Numbered from the stretch's first letter, positions 8,826 to 19,094 are shown. The stretch is 64,000 bases of DNA from Limisphaerales bacterium (GCA_965657355.1 CBFHOE010000010.1:22326-86325); one strand, 5' to 3'. The notes: a model not told the origin generated them from the sequence alone. Translations and numbers: made by a program.

Positions 8826-10103
8826 ATGCAGGACGGCCAGCTTGAATTTTTCCATGGGGAACAGGCGGCCGAGTTGTGCCCATCGACACTTCAATTTCTC
8901 AGACATGTAGAAAATTTTAAAGAATTCGGATCAAAAACAGAAACGACAAATTTCCCTGATCCTGAAATAGAGTTGCCCGTCTATATTAATGAATTTTGGA
9001 CCGCGAAACAGAGAGCAGCCCATTCATTGCACGAAATTTCATATAGGGCTTGCTTCAAACCTCAACTACCAGCCTTTTTTATCAACCAACTTACCCGACC
9101 CGGCGATAGTATTTTTGATCCATTTATGGGGAGAGGTACAACGATCCTTGAAGGAGCTCTTTTGGATAGAGTTACCATGGGGTGTGATGCCAATCCGCTT
9201 AGCTCTATTCTCGTGAAGCCGAGGCTTAGCCCACCTTCATACTCCCAGATTGAGGATCGCCTCAATCGAATAGATCTTTCCGAAAATTCAGAAATTGATA
9301 ATCAAGACCTCTTGACATTTTACCACCCAAGAACTCTTTCAAAAATATGCTCGTTGAGGACGTACCTGCACCAAAGAAAGCTTGATAGAAAATCAGACCT
9401 TGTAGATGACTGGATAAGAATGATAGCAACGAACAGATTGACGGGACATTCTCCTGGCTTCTTTTCAGTTTACACGCTTCCCCCAAATCAAGCGACCTCG
9501 ATCAAAGCACAGCAACGAATAAATAAAAAAAGAAACCAAACCCCACCAGAAAGAAATATTAAAGGGATCATCTTAAAAAAGAGTAAGTCTTTACTAAAAG
9601 ATTTAGATGACATAGACCTGATAAAACTAAAAAGAAATTTTAAAAAGTCCGTGTTAATAACTGGTTCCTGCGACAAGACACCCGAAATCAAGGACGCGTC
9701 CATTGACCTTATCATTACCTCCCCTCCCTTTTTGGACATTGTAAACTATCAAGGTGATAATTGGCTAAGATGTTGGTTTAACCATATTGACTCAGAGGCA
9801 GTTTCCCTCTGGAACATAAGGAGACCGGAAGCTTGGATTAACGCCATGACTCAAGTCTTTCTTGAATTAAAGAGAGTCCTAAAACCGGGTGGCCATATTG
9901 CATTTGAAGTGGGAGAAGTGCGGGGAGGCAAACTTAGGATGGAAACACTAGCAGCCCCAGCCGCTATAGCCTCTGGTCTTGTGCCTATTTTTTTACTGAT
10001 CAACGACCAGGAGTTCACTAAAACAGCAAATTGCTGGGGAGTCTCAAATCAGAAAAAGGGGACCAACACTAATAGAATTTTGTTGCTTCAAAAAAGTCAT
10101 TAA
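8826..10103 (+). CDS. DNA methyltransferase (N4/N6 MTase family), no adjacent restriction enzyme
   Basis: 425 aa with ATG start. AdoMet-binding motif DPFMGRGTT at aa 98-106. Catalytic motif IITSPPF at aa ~296-302. About 190 aa separate the two motifs. Confidence 0.85.
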   Translation: MQDGQLEFFHGEQAAELCPSTLQFLRHVENFKEFGSKTETTNFPDPEIELPVYINEFWTAKQRAAHSLHEISYRACFKPQLPAFFINQLTRPGDSIFDPFMGRGTTILEGALLDRVTMGCDANPLSSILVKPRLSPPSYSQIEDRLNRIDLSENSEIDNQDLLTFYHPRTLSKICSLRTYLHQRKLDRKSDLVDDWIRMIATNRLTGHSPGFFSVYTLPPNQATSIKAQQRINKKRNQTPPERNIKGIILKKSKSLLKDLDDIDLIKLKRNFKKSVLITGSCDKTPEIKDASIDLIITSPPFLDIVNYQGDNWLRCWFNHIDSEAVSLWNIRRPEAWINAMTQVFLELKRVLKPGGHIAFEVGEVRGGKLRMETLAAPAAIASGLVPIFLLINDQEFTKTANCWGVSNQKKGTNTNRILLLQKSH

Positions 10104-10106
10104 TCA

Positions 10107-10442
10107 CTATTCGGATGTCTCATTATCTTTGATCGGAGTAGGGTCAATTTCTATCATCCCATTAATTTCCCTCACTTTAAAAGATTCCACATGCCATATG
10201 GAACCCGTAATACATTTGCCGGATTTCCCATTGAATCCCCATTGGTGCCAAGGGCAATAAACGACCCCCTTCATCACGGTACCTTGTCCAAGCGAGGCTC
10301 CGGCATGCGGGCAAAAATCATCCACGCAATAAAGCTCGTTGCCCTCTCTGAAAACAGCGAGCCTTTTACCATTAACTTTTACAATCTGCCCCTTACCTGG
10401 CTCGAGTGAGCTGGATTTCATTACCGCGACATAATCTCCCAT
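10107..10442 (-). CDS. Small Rieske [2Fe-2S] protein (NirD-like)
   Basis: 111 aa with Rieske ligand motifs CPHAGASL and CPWHQWGF. Convergent with the methyltransferase gene, with a 3-nt gap between stop codons. Confidence 0.85.
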   Translation of the reverse strand: MGDYVAVMKSSSLEPGKGQIVKVNGKRLAVFREGNELYCVDDFCPHAGASLGQGTVMKGVVYCPWHQWGFNGKSGKCITGSIWHVESFKVREINGMIEIDPTPIKDNETSE

Positions 10443-10853
10443 AAAAATTCCACTGAACTAACATTTTATTGGCAGGAAGGAAACAAATTTCACAAATCTT
10501 GGAATGCAATGCTTTGGTCAGCTGTTTTTTTGAATTCCGATTAGCTGAGCGAGGGCGATCCAATAGCAAGTTCAAATTGGATGAAGTCATTATTCTTCAG
10601 TGCCAACCACGAAATTTAAAATATCTTCCATTTTCCATCTTCCAGCAGATGAATCTTCCTGAATAATTGTTTCCGTTCCCTTTTTTCGATTTAACTAATC
10701 AAGCTATATTCACGTTTTTTAGGAATCTTTGGCTTTATACTTTCCCTCAAACTGAAGGGATCGACACTTCAATGAATCTGACGAAGAGATTACCTTTCAA
10801 CTCTTCATTGATGGTAATCTTGCATAATAGGAGCAAAAACGCATTATATACGT

Positions 10854-13800
10854 ATGCGTTCCATGTCAGCTATTCTACTTATCCTACTTGTTCTACTGGG
10901 ACCGGATAAGCAATGGGCTCAAGCCAAGGAAATAGATTTTGCGAGAGATATCCTTCCAATACTTTCCGATAATTGCTTCCAATGTCATGGGCCGGATACA
11001 AATGAAGGCCGTAAAGGGGATCTACGTCTTGATGAGGAGGAGGACACAAAAAGGCTTAGAGACTCTGCTTACAAAGTCATTTCGGAAGGAGATTCCTCAA
11101 ATAGTGAATTAATAAAAAGAATCAATTCCACCGATTCTGACGATGAAATGCCCCCACCAGAGCTGGGGCGTAAACTCACAGCTCAGCAAAAAAGTTTATT
11201 GTCAGATTGGATAAAGCAGGGAGCTAAATGGGGCAAGCATTGGGCATTTGAACCCGTGATTAAACCCACCTCACATACGAAATCAGATCATCCTATAGAT
11301 TCATTGGTGGTAAAAAAGCTCACTTCCAAAAACCTAACCATGAACCAAAAGGCTGACCGAAGAACTCTGATAAGAAGATTGGCCTTAGACCTCACAGGGT
11401 TACCCCCGACGCCAAACGAAATACAAAAATTCTTGAGCGATTCATCACCCAATGCATGGGAACAAGCTGTAGAACGTATGTTAACCAAGGAATCGTTCGG
11501 AGAGAGGATGGCTTGGGATTGGCTCGAGGCTTCTCGATATTCTGATACAAATGGATATCAGGGAGACAGAGAAAGAACCATGTGGCCATGGAGAGACTGG
11601 GTTGTAAGTGCATTCAACGAGAATCTTCCTTACGACAAATTCACGATGTGGCAACTTGCCGGGGACCTCATGCCAAACCCAACCCGGAATCAAATTTTGG
11701 CGACTGGATTCAATCGAAACCACATGATTAATGGGGAAGGCGGGAGAATCGCAGAAGAGAACCGGGTTGATTACGTTTTTGATATGACAGAAACCATGGG
11801 CACCGTTTGGCTGGGACTCACACTAAATTGTAGCAGATGCCACGATCATAAATTCGATCCAATAGCCCAAAAAGAATATTACCAGCTCACAGCATTTTTC
11901 AACCAAACCCCAGTAAATGGGGGTGGAGGAAGCGGCCAGACAGCCCCCATTCTTGAAGCGCCAACTTATGAACAATCCAGAAAAATAGAAGCATTGAAGT
12001 CGGAGATTTCAGAACTAGATGACTCAATTAAGAAAAGGTCAAATTTTTTGATTTCAAATCAAAAGGAATGGGAAAAGAAACAATTGGAAATTCAAAAGAC
12101 GACATCATGGGAAGCACTCATTCCTGACAAAGCCACAGCTAAGCATCAAGAACTCATTATCCAGGATAAAGGTTTTATATATGCGAAAGGAAAGAATCCT
12201 GACAAGGACGAATATGTTATAAGCTATCCGATAGAAACTGATGCCTTAACTGGGGTAAAGATCGAGGCCGTAAGGCACCCCCAGATGACTGCTGGAGGAC
12301 TGGCTAGATCAGATAGTGGGAACTTTGTCTTAACAGATATCGAGTTTCAATTGACCGATGGCGTCTCCAAAAATTCAAGAAGGCTCCAAATCCAATCAGC
12401 CCAAGCTACTTTTGAACAGGGAGGTCATAAGATAACAAACACCTTTGACTCAGACCCTCAAACAGGTTGGGCAGTTTGGAACGGCAAAAATTTGGACCGC
12501 GATCACGCCGCCGTATTTACTCTAAAACCAACTCCATTAAATGGGACGGAAAACAAACTGGTAGCAGTACTAAAATTTAATTCGCCCCATGCAAAGCATA
12601 ATTTGGGATATTTTCGACTACTGGCATCTGGAGCTCCGAATCCCAAATTAGATGATGAGCGTTCTCAATTGGTAGCCACCTTGAAAGTGGCTCCAGACAA
12701 ACGCTCGGAGGACCAGAAGAAGACCATCAGAGAAGCGCTCTTAAAATCAGACGCTGCTTACCAAAAACTATCCAACGATAAAAAGGCATTGAATGACCAA
12801 ATAAAAAGAATATCTCAAGGTATTCCGAAAGTCATGGTCATGAAAGATCGCGATCAATCTCGGCAGACCTATATACTTGAGCGCGGCTTATACAACAAGC
12901 CAGGAAACCCAGTAAAAGCTAATATCCCATCGGCACTTCCTCAAATCCAGAAAAGAACAAATTTAAACCGATTAGACTTAGCAGAATGGTTGGTCAGGAA
13001 TGATAACCCCCTTACATCTAGGGTAACGGTTAATCGAATCTGGCAAATGTTTTTCGGAACGGGACTAGTCAAAACAGCAGAGGATTTCGGAGTGCAATCA
13101 GAATACCCAGAACATAAAGAATTGCTCGACTGGCTTGCTGCAGAATTTATGGATAGCGGTTGGGATATGAAACATCTTATAAGAACCATTGTAACGAGCA
13201 AAACATACCAACAAAGCTCTATTGCAAAGACTAAAACGGAATACCAAAAGGACCCGCAGAACCGTTATTTAGCCAGAGGCCCAAGATTCAGAATGCCTTC
13301 GTGGATGATTAGAGATCAGGCCCTTGCGGCTAGTAATCTCCTCAACTCTGCTGTGGGTGGAAGACCTGTATTTAGTTACCAACCCAAAGGGCTTTGGTCC
13401 GAGGCAACTTTCGGGAAAAAAAGATATAACCAGGATGATGGCGAAAAACTTCATCGAAGAAGTATATATACATTTTGGAGACGCATTGTTGGTCCTCCAG
13501 TATTCTTTGATACAGCTAAAAGACAGGTCTGTGAGGTGAACCCTCTCCGCACCAATACACCTATGCATGCACTGACTGTCTATAATGATATCACATTTGT
13601 TGAAGCAGCGCGTTCACTTGCCGAACATGTCATATCCACTAGTGACGATTCTAAAAAACGCCTTGATCTGATATATCTCAGAACTCTCGGAAGATACCCG
13701 GATGAAAAGGAATATCAGGTTCTTGAACAAAGTTTGAAGAAATCCATGGATGCTTTTATGAAGGATGAAAATGCCGCTAAGGAATTTGTATCCGTAGGGG

Positions 13801-13901
13801 CTCAGCCCCGTGATGAATCCCTAACCCCAAAAGAAGTGGCAGCTTGGGCTGCTCTTTGCTTAAACGTATTAAATTTAGACGAGACTTTAACCAAGGAATA
13901 A
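10854..13901 (+). CDS. PSCyt1/PSCyt2(DUF1549)/PSD1(DUF1553) family protein (planctomycete cytochrome-c-like)
   Basis: 1015 aa with a signal peptide. CFQCHGP heme-c-like motif near the N-terminus and a second motif CSRCHDHKFDP. The conserved C-terminal DUF1553-like region includes the TNTPMHAL motif. Confidence 0.9.
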   Translation: MRSMSAILLILLVLLGPDKQWAQAKEIDFARDILPILSDNCFQCHGPDTNEGRKGDLRLDEEEDTKRLRDSAYKVISEGDSSNSELIKRINSTDSDDEMPPPELGRKLTAQQKSLLSDWIKQGAKWGKHWAFEPVIKPTSHTKSDHPIDSLVVKKLTSKNLTMNQKADRRTLIRRLALDLTGLPPTPNEIQKFLSDSSPNAWEQAVERMLTKESFGERMAWDWLEASRYSDTNGYQGDRERTMWPWRDWVVSAFNENLPYDKFTMWQLAGDLMPNPTRNQILATGFNRNHMINGEGGRIAEENRVDYVFDMTETMGTVWLGLTLNCSRCHDHKFDPIAQKEYYQLTAFFNQTPVNGGGGSGQTAPILEAPTYEQSRKIEALKSEISELDDSIKKRSNFLISNQKEWEKKQLEIQKTTSWEALIPDKATAKHQELIIQDKGFIYAKGKNPDKDEYVISYPIETDALTGVKIEAVRHPQMTAGGLARSDSGNFVLTDIEFQLTDGVSKNSRRLQIQSAQATFEQGGHKITNTFDSDPQTGWAVWNGKNLDRDHAAVFTLKPTPLNGTENKLVAVLKFNSPHAKHNLGYFRLLASGAPNPKLDDERSQLVATLKVAPDKRSEDQKKTIREALLKSDAAYQKLSNDKKALNDQIKRISQGIPKVMVMKDRDQSRQTYILERGLYNKPGNPVKANIPSALPQIQKRTNLNRLDLAEWLVRNDNPLTSRVTVNRIWQMFFGTGLVKTAEDFGVQSEYPEHKELLDWLAAEFMDSGWDMKHLIRTIVTSKTYQQSSIAKTKTEYQKDPQNRYLARGPRFRMPSWMIRDQALAASNLLNSAVGGRPVFSYQPKGLWSEATFGKKRYNQDDGEKLHRRSIYTFWRRIVGPPVFFDTAKRQVCEVNPLRTNTPMHALTVYNDITFVEAARSLAEHVISTSDDSKKRLDLIYLRTLGRYPDEKEYQVLEQSLKKSMDAFMKDENAAKEFVSVGAQPRDESLTPKEVAAWAALCLNVLNLDETLTKE

Positions 13902-13902
13902 T

Positions 13903-15390
13903 ATGAAAAATGGTTGGAAAGTATTAAGCGACAAAACGCCGAAGCCTATTCTTGACCAGCAACTGTTGGTTAACAGGCGCCAGTTCATGGGAAAAACGGC
14001 TAACGGTGTCGGCCTTGCTGCTCTAGCCACCCTTCTTCAAAAGGATGGGCTCATGGCAAGCCATTCAGAAAGAAAGCCACTATTCGGACACTTTGCACCC
14101 AAGGCAAAAAGAGTTATTTACCTTTTTCAAAATGGTGCCCCAACTCATGTGGACCTCTTTGATTATAAACCGCGTATAATGGATATGCATGGCAAACCAG
14201 TCCCGAAAGAATACTTCGGAAATAAGAGATTTAGCACCATGACTGGAAATCCAACCGGCAAGCTTATGCTCGCTCCTGTAGAACCATTTAAGCAGCATGG
14301 TCAAAGCGGCGCTTGGGTAAGTAATTTCATGCCCCATATAGCGGAAATTTCGGATAACTTATGTTTTGTCAAAAGTATGCATACCGAGGCTGTTAATCAC
14401 GCCCCGGCTATTTCTTTTTTACTGAGCGGTGCTGAAATCCCGGGGCGGCCGGCAATGGGGGCCTGGCTCAACTACGGATTGGGAACAGAGGCAGAAGATT
14501 TACCCGGATATGTCGTTATGACCTCCGTTAGTAAAGGTACCACTTGTGGGCAAATTTTCTATGACTTCTATTGGGGATCCGGTTTTTTACCGTCTCGCTT
14601 TCAGGGCTCAAAATTTAGGGGCAGTAAAGATCCCGTTCTTTTTTTAAACAATCCAGCGGGTATGAAACCCTCTCTACGGAGAGGACTCCTGGACGATCTC
14701 AACGCACTTAATCAACATAAATATGAGCAAATGGGTGACCCAGAGATTCAAACTCGCATGAGTCAGTATGAAATGGCATACCGAATGCAAACCTCAGTTC
14801 CTGACCTTACCGACCTTTCCGATGAACCAGATCACATTCTCGACATGTATGGGCCTCAAGTGAGAGAGCCCGGTACTTTTGCTTATAACTGCCTTATGTC
14901 TCGGCGTTTAGCGGAGAGAGGGGTGAGGTTTATCCAATGCATGCATGCCGGATGGGATCAGCACAACAGCCTCACAACTGAGCTTTATACCCAATGTAAA
15001 GACACCGATCAACCCAGTGCTGCACTAGTAAAAGACCTGAAAATGAGGGGGCTCCTTGATGACACTCTCGTGATTTGGGGCGGGGAATTTGGAAGAACGC
15101 CATTCATTCAGGGGAGCTTAGACAACCGACCTCGGTGGGGAAGAGACCACCACCCTTATGCCTTTACAGTATGGATGGCAGGCGGAGGGATAAAACCCGG
15201 CATCTCACATGGAGCTTCAGATGATTTAGCCTTTAATGCTGTGGAGGATCCTGTGCATGTTCATGATTTCCAGGCAACAATTCTCCATCTTCTTGGTTTG
15301 GATCATGAACGCCTTACCTATAAATTTCAGGGTCGTTATTTCCGTCTGACAGATGTTCACGGAAATGTCGTGAAAAAAATCCTCGCATAG
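13903..15390 (+). CDS. DUF1501 protein (sulfatase/alkaline-phosphatase superfamily), Tat signal
   Basis: The ATG lies 1 nt after the upstream stop, suggesting translational coupling. Twin-arginine motif NRRQFMGK..GLAALA. Conserved WGGEFGRTP and GRDHHP motifs. Confidence 0.9.
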   Translation: MKNGWKVLSDKTPKPILDQQLLVNRRQFMGKTANGVGLAALATLLQKDGLMASHSERKPLFGHFAPKAKRVIYLFQNGAPTHVDLFDYKPRIMDMHGKPVPKEYFGNKRFSTMTGNPTGKLMLAPVEPFKQHGQSGAWVSNFMPHIAEISDNLCFVKSMHTEAVNHAPAISFLLSGAEIPGRPAMGAWLNYGLGTEAEDLPGYVVMTSVSKGTTCGQIFYDFYWGSGFLPSRFQGSKFRGSKDPVLFLNNPAGMKPSLRRGLLDDLNALNQHKYEQMGDPEIQTRMSQYEMAYRMQTSVPDLTDLSDEPDHILDMYGPQVREPGTFAYNCLMSRRLAERGVRFIQCMHAGWDQHNSLTTELYTQCKDTDQPSAALVKDLKMRGLLDDTLVIWGGEFGRTPFIQGSLDNRPRWGRDHHPYAFTVWMAGGGIKPGISHGASDDLAFNAVEDPVHVHDFQATILHLLGLDHERLTYKFQGRYFRLTDVHGNVVKKILA

Positions 15391-15445
15391 GCTCTTTCAC
15401 GATATGTTTTAAAGCTAAATCGGAAACAAAAAAGTATGGATCTCT

Positions 15446-16426
15446 TTACCTCGGTACGGCGATTAAGAAATCTGATGCTTCGATAGATGATAGTTGCCAA
15501 GACGGCGCACAAGCTGGAATAAGGCAGAACTGACCTGCCAGGAGATTCTCTCCAGGGGAGCTTGGGGTATTGACACTCAAAGCCCCTTTGTAAACTCCAA
15601 TGATAATCGGTTTACCGATGGAACTAATGCTGGCTGTTTCTCCAATAGCCAAGCTGTTTGTTTCCACTGAAAATAAAGCATCATCGACTATGAGATTGGC
15701 CCCAGGGATTACCGGATTCCCTTCCAAACTGGAACACAACGGGGGTTCAAAATCCAAAAAATCGATGGATTTCATTGAAGAATCAATATGCAACTCACGA
15801 GGCTTGCCATCAAGCCCCGTGCGATTCCAATCAAAAACGCGAAAAGTAGTATCGGAATTCTGCTGAATTTCAAAAATTACATTTCCAGCTCCTATGGCAT
15901 GAACACGACCGCTCGGCAGAAACATGGCATCGCCAGAGCTCACTTTAATTTGATGAAAACAATCAGCGACTGAACCGTCGTCAATTTTATGCCGAAACGT
16001 ATCTTCAGTAACACCGTTTTTCAAACCAACAAAAAGATCTGCTCCAGGCTCAGCATGAGTGACAAACCACATCTCAGTCTTAGGCTCTCCTCCCATTTGA
16101 GTTGCTTTCTCAGCTGGTGGATGAACTTGTAGTGACAGCTTCTGTTGCGCATCTAAAATTTTGACCAAAAGAGGAAAGCGGTTTGAATGCAAAGTGACTT
16201 GCCCCATGATTTCCGATGAAAAATTTTTCATGAGCCACGTCAGATCATTACCGGCGTATTCCCCGTTAGTAATGACACTGCTATCTTCTTTTCGATCGGA
16301 AACCTCCCACGATTCACCAACCGGCACATTTGGAGGAAGGCTTTTATTGTAGAGGGACTCTAAATTTCGGCCACCCCAAATTCGTTCCTTAAGAATTGGT
16401 TCAAACCGCAGCGGGTATACATTCAT
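15446..16426 (-). CDS. manA: Class I mannose-6-phosphate isomerase
   Basis: 326 aa. N-terminal PLRFEPILKERIWGG, cupin zinc-site motif LSLQVHP, and GDAMFLPSGRVHAIG. Confidence 0.85.
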   Translation of the reverse strand: MNVYPLRFEPILKERIWGGRNLESLYNKSLPPNVPVGESWEVSDRKEDSSVITNGEYAGNDLTWLMKNFSSEIMGQVTLHSNRFPLLVKILDAQQKLSLQVHPPAEKATQMGGEPKTEMWFVTHAEPGADLFVGLKNGVTEDTFRHKIDDGSVADCFHQIKVSSGDAMFLPSGRVHAIGAGNVIFEIQQNSDTTFRVFDWNRTGLDGKPRELHIDSSMKSIDFLDFEPPLCSSLEGNPVIPGANLIVDDALFSVETNSLAIGETASISSIGKPIIIGVYKGALSVNTPSSPGENLLAGQFCLIPACAPSWQLSSIEASDFLIAVPR

Positions 16427-16479
16427 TTGGATGTAGAAATGAGGAGAGTTTTTGTATCTACGAGGAAAGATAAAAAATA

Positions 16480-17469
16480 TCAGGCATTTTCTTTAGCCCT
16501 CTCGATTGCTGTATCCTCGTAATGCCCCATGGCTCGATATTTCTGATATCGATGCTCCAGTAAATCCTTAACTTTAAGTTTTTTCAATTGCTCCAAATGG
16601 CTGAGGACCGAAGCTTTTAAATTGTTTGCAGTATAAGACGGGTTAACGTGAGCCCCACCAAGAGGTTCGGGAATTATTTCATCGGCAATTTCAAATTCTA
16701 ATAAATCTTTTGCCGTTATCTTTAGTGCCTCAGCGGCTTTTGGAGCAGCTGCTCTATCTTTCCATAAAATAGCCGCACAGCCTTCTGGGCTAATGACCGA
16801 ATAATAGGCATTTTCTAAAACGAGGATTCGGTCCGCAACACCAATACCTAAGGCCCCGCCAGAACCACCTTCGCCGATGACGGCAGCAACAATGGGAACC
16901 TCTAGCCTCGCCATCTCTCGTATATTCACGGCTATTGCCTCCGCAATGTGACGTTCTTCGGCCCCGACCCCAGGGTAGGCACCGGCCGTGTCAATAAGAG
17001 CTACTATAGGCAAAGAAAACTTGTCTGCCATTCGCATTAATCGGAGCGCTTTCCTATATCCTTCAGGGTGAGCTGACCCGAAATTTCTCAAAATATTTTC
17101 CTTGGTATCTCTGCCTTTCTGGGTACCAATGACCATGACTTTTTGATCCCCAAGCTTCGCAAATCCTCCGACGACAGCTCTGTCGTCACCGTATAGTCGA
17201 TCCCCATGCAGTTCCTCAAAATCTTCAAATGCATTGGCAATGTAGTCCAAGGTGTAAGGTCGCTTTGGGTGCCTTGCCAACTGAACCCTCTGCCATGCAG
17301 TTAGATTTGAAAAAATAGATTTTCTGGTCTCCTCGATCTTCTTTTCGATACGAGTAATCTCATCTGCAAGATTGATCTTAAGAATACCAGATTTTTCTGT
17401 ATGCCTTAAATCCTCAAGTTTTTGCTGGAGGTCGATAAGGGGTTTTTCAAATTCAAGGTGGTGGATCAT
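16480..17469 (-). CDS. accA: Acetyl-CoA carboxylase carboxyltransferase subunit alpha
   Basis: 329 aa with full-length AccA pattern: ARHPKRPYTLDY, GRDTKENILRNFGSAHPEGYRKALRLM, IDTAGAYPGVGAEERHIAEAIA. Confidence 0.95.
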   Translation of the reverse strand: MIHHLEFEKPLIDLQQKLEDLRHTEKSGILKINLADEITRIEKKIEETRKSIFSNLTAWQRVQLARHPKRPYTLDYIANAFEDFEELHGDRLYGDDRAVVGGFAKLGDQKVMVIGTQKGRDTKENILRNFGSAHPEGYRKALRLMRMADKFSLPIVALIDTAGAYPGVGAEERHIAEAIAVNIREMARLEVPIVAAVIGEGGSGGALGIGVADRILVLENAYYSVISPEGCAAILWKDRAAAPKAAEALKITAKDLLEFEIADEIIPEPLGGAHVNPSYTANNLKASVLSHLEQLKKLKVKDLLEHRYQKYRAMGHYEDTAIERAKENA

Positions 17470-17525
17470 ATCAAACTATTTTGATGTTATAACTGAAATT
17501 GGGATGCACTTCAATATATGGATCA

Positions 17526-19094
17526 TCATACTTGTTGAGGGGCAGGATGACGCCAACTCCTATTCGTTCGCTGTAAAAGGCCATCAGAAGGAGTAGGGCC
17601 CCAAGAACCGGCAGGGTAAAATTCATCGTCCGCCATTGGGCGATCTCCCCATCCATTACGAATAGAATCGACAAAAGCCCATGCTACTTCAAGTTCATCC
17701 CGTCGAATAAATAGGGTTGGATCACCAGCCATCGCTTCAAGTAACAATCTTTCGTATGCCTCTGGAGTATAGGCTCCAAATTCAGAGTCGTAGGAAAATC
17801 TCATTCGGACGGGCCTGAGCTGCATATTGGCGCCAGGTATTTTCCCATTGATATGAAGGGTAATTCCCTCGTCTGGCTGCAGCCTTAATGTCATGGAGTT
17901 TGCATCGAGATTAGTTCCGCACTGAGCCGCAAAAAGAACCTGCGGAGGGCGCTTAAACTGAATTCTAACCTCACTTGCTTTAAATGGTAGATTCTTACCT
18001 GTTCTTAAATAAAAAGGAACTCCAGACCACCTCCAATTATCTATCCAGACTTTCATCCCCACATAGGTTTCTACATTCGATTGGGGATCTACCCTGGGCT
18101 CATGCCTGTATGCCGGTCTATCTTCGCCATCGACAACTCCACCTGTGTATTGTCCGCGGACGACCATACGGCCAACCATTTCCGGGGTCATAGGCCTGAT
18201 GGACCGCAAAAGCTTCACTTTTTCATCCCGGATCGCCTCGGCCTCCAGATGTCCAGGCGGCTCCATTGCAGTGAGTGCAAGAACTTGCAAAAGGTGATTT
18301 TGAACCATGTCGCGTAAAGCCCCGGCATCTTCATAGTACCCCCCCCGATTTCCGACGCCCATATCTTCACTGACTGTGATCTGAATATGATCTATAGACT
18401 CTCTATTCCAATTTTGCTCAATGAGATAATTTGAAAAACGAAAGACAAGAATATTTTGGACAGTTTCTTTTCCAAGGTAATGATCTATTCTGAAGATCTG
18501 CTTTTCATGAGCAAATTTATTAAGGGCTGTATTAAGCTCTTGAGCAGATTTTAAATCTGTTCCAAATGGTTTTTCGACAACCAATCTTTCGGAATGGTCA
18601 TCATTTTCATTTTTGTTAAGAAGACCTGTCGAATGAAGATTCTCAGCGACGAGGGCAAATTGTGTCGGACTGGTGGCTAAGTAAAATAATAAATTCTTCC
18701 TTAAACGAGGGTCGCCAAATTCAGACAACATTTTTTCGAGCTTCTTGTATCCCTCAATGTCATCAAATGATGCCTGACAATAGTGGACGTTATTGCAAAA
18801 CTCGTCCCATTTCTGCGGAGTCTCATCTTTAGTTCGAGAGTATTTAGTAAATCCTTCTAATAATTCATTTCTCCAATTCTGGTCCGTTTTTTCCCGCCGA
18901 GCAAAGCCAACAACCTTAAATGGATTTGGTAACGCACCTTCCTCAAATAAATGGTATAAAGCCGGAATTAGCTTTCGGTAGGTCAAATCCCCGCTAGCGC
19001 CAAAAATAATAATTGTACAGGGTTCTACGATTTTTCTGGCATGATCCAAACGGCAAATCATTAACTCATCAAGTTCCTGGTCATTAAAATCCAT
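17526..19094 (-). CDS. zwf: Glucose-6-phosphate 1-dehydrogenase
   Basis: 522 aa. NADP-binding IIFGASGDLTYRKL, active-site motif RIDHYLGKE, and a conserved C-terminal domain. Confidence 0.95.
   Translation of the reverse strand: MDFNDQELDELMICRLDHARKIVEPCTIIIFGASGDLTYRKLIPALYHLFEEGALPNPFKVVGFARREKTDQNWRNELLEGFTKYSRTKDETPQKWDEFCNNVHYCQASFDDIEGYKKLEKMLSEFGDPRLRKNLLFYLATSPTQFALVAENLHSTGLLNKNENDDHSERLVVEKPFGTDLKSAQELNTALNKFAHEKQIFRIDHYLGKETVQNILVFRFSNYLIEQNWNRESIDHIQITVSEDMGVGNRGGYYEDAGALRDMVQNHLLQVLALTAMEPPGHLEAEAIRDEKVKLLRSIRPMTPEMVGRMVVRGQYTGGVVDGEDRPAYRHEPRVDPQSNVETYVGMKVWIDNWRWSGVPFYLRTGKNLPFKASEVRIQFKRPPQVLFAAQCGTNLDANSMTLRLQPDEGITLHINGKIPGANMQLRPVRMRFSYDSEFGAYTPEAYERLLLEAMAGDPTLFIRRDELEVAWAFVDSIRNGWGDRPMADDEFYPAGSWGPTPSDGLLQRTNRSWRHPAPQQV

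Noticed and set aside
8826-10442. The methyltransferase plus a neighbouring gene could form a restriction-modification or other defence system.
   Set aside because: The only adjacent genes are a 111-aa Rieske protein and a Prx-DUF1080 fusion, and neither has nuclease, helicase or ATPase motifs. No defence-system partner is detectable in the window.
10621-10680. A TTCCAT/TTCC-rich tandem stretch (cTTCCATtTTCCATcTTCCAg) lies upstream of the first PSCyt gene and shares the TTCCAT hexamer with the repeats upstream of the giant gene.
   Set aside because: The shared element is only 6 nt in AT-rich DNA and lies ~220 nt from the start codon. Without genome-wide enrichment statistics this is not distinguishable from chance.
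10839-10859. The inverted repeat ACGCAT-N9-ATGCGT spans the start codon of the first PSCyt gene and could be a translational occlusion hairpin.
   Set aside because: It is only 6 bp with a 9-nt AT loop, so low stability, and has no second line of evidence. I noted it but do not consider it significant.
18339-18346. A C8 run (G8 on the coding strand) lies inside zwf.
   Set aside because: It encodes Arg-Gly-Gly within a conserved housekeeping enzyme, so it is most simply a codon coincidence. There is no reason to expect phase variation of G6PDH.
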